IMG/VR virus record: IMGVR_UViG_3300048888_000036 | Coordinates: 1 to 24,004 of that record | Length of the DNA stretch: 24,004 nt | DNA from: a virus | Taxonomy: Duplodnaviria > Caudoviricetes | Direction: 5' to 3' (one strand) | Shown: positions 23,980 through 24,004 of the stretch, piece after piece | How positions within the stretch are numbered: the stretch's first letter is position 1 | Layout: each line of letters starts with the position of its first letter | The notes under the pieces: generated by a model | What the model was told of the DNA's origin: nothing | The model's database searches: none | Seen by the model: the letters and a program-made list of their open reading frames with translations, nothing else | Translations under genes and position numbers: made by a program

Positions 23980-24004
23980 CAGCTCGAGGGGTGGGAAATC
24001 TGAT

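Larger units (their letters stand above)
1..24004. mobile_element. Small temperate siphophage genome (HK97-type head, non-contractile tail), probably complete
   Basis: Packaging, head, tail, lysis, immunity, recombination and replication modules are all present, and no host genes are seen. Terminase starts 25 nt from the right end; the early operon ends 63 nt from the left end. Confidence 0.93.

Overview
The window appears to be an essentially complete, very compact (~24 kb) GC-rich temperate siphophage genome, probably from an Actinomycetota host (inferred from composition and gene families). It seems to be linearised at or near its packaging end. Almost all genes are on the minus strand and are coupled by ATGA/GTGA/TTGA stop-start overlaps, so many true starts lie inside the longer ORF-track calls. 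From the right end the order is: HNH-fused terminase large subunit, HK97-type portal, prohead protease, major capsid, Rho-N/HeH protein, adaptor, terminator, major tail, gp10-like protein, tail chaperone with a -1 frameshift, tape measure, tail tip and fibre genes, CHAP endolysin and holin-like peptide. Next comes a two-gene plus-strand lysogeny island (CI-like repressor, exported protein). The early operon follows: Cro, Xer-sized tyrosine recombinase, N6/N4 MTase plus PD-(D/E)xK protein, an Rpf-like secreted transglycosylase, C5 MTase, RecT-like annealase and a replication initiator with internal iterons. The most unusual points are: (1) the HNH-TerL fusion with a seemingly degenerate RNase H domain and no TerS; (2) the early Rpf-like muralytic enzyme; (3) a structured-RNA cassette bounded by 24-bp direct repeats; (4) a recombinase inside the lytic operon bracketed by inverted repeats. 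All family assignments come from motif recognition by eye; no searches were run.
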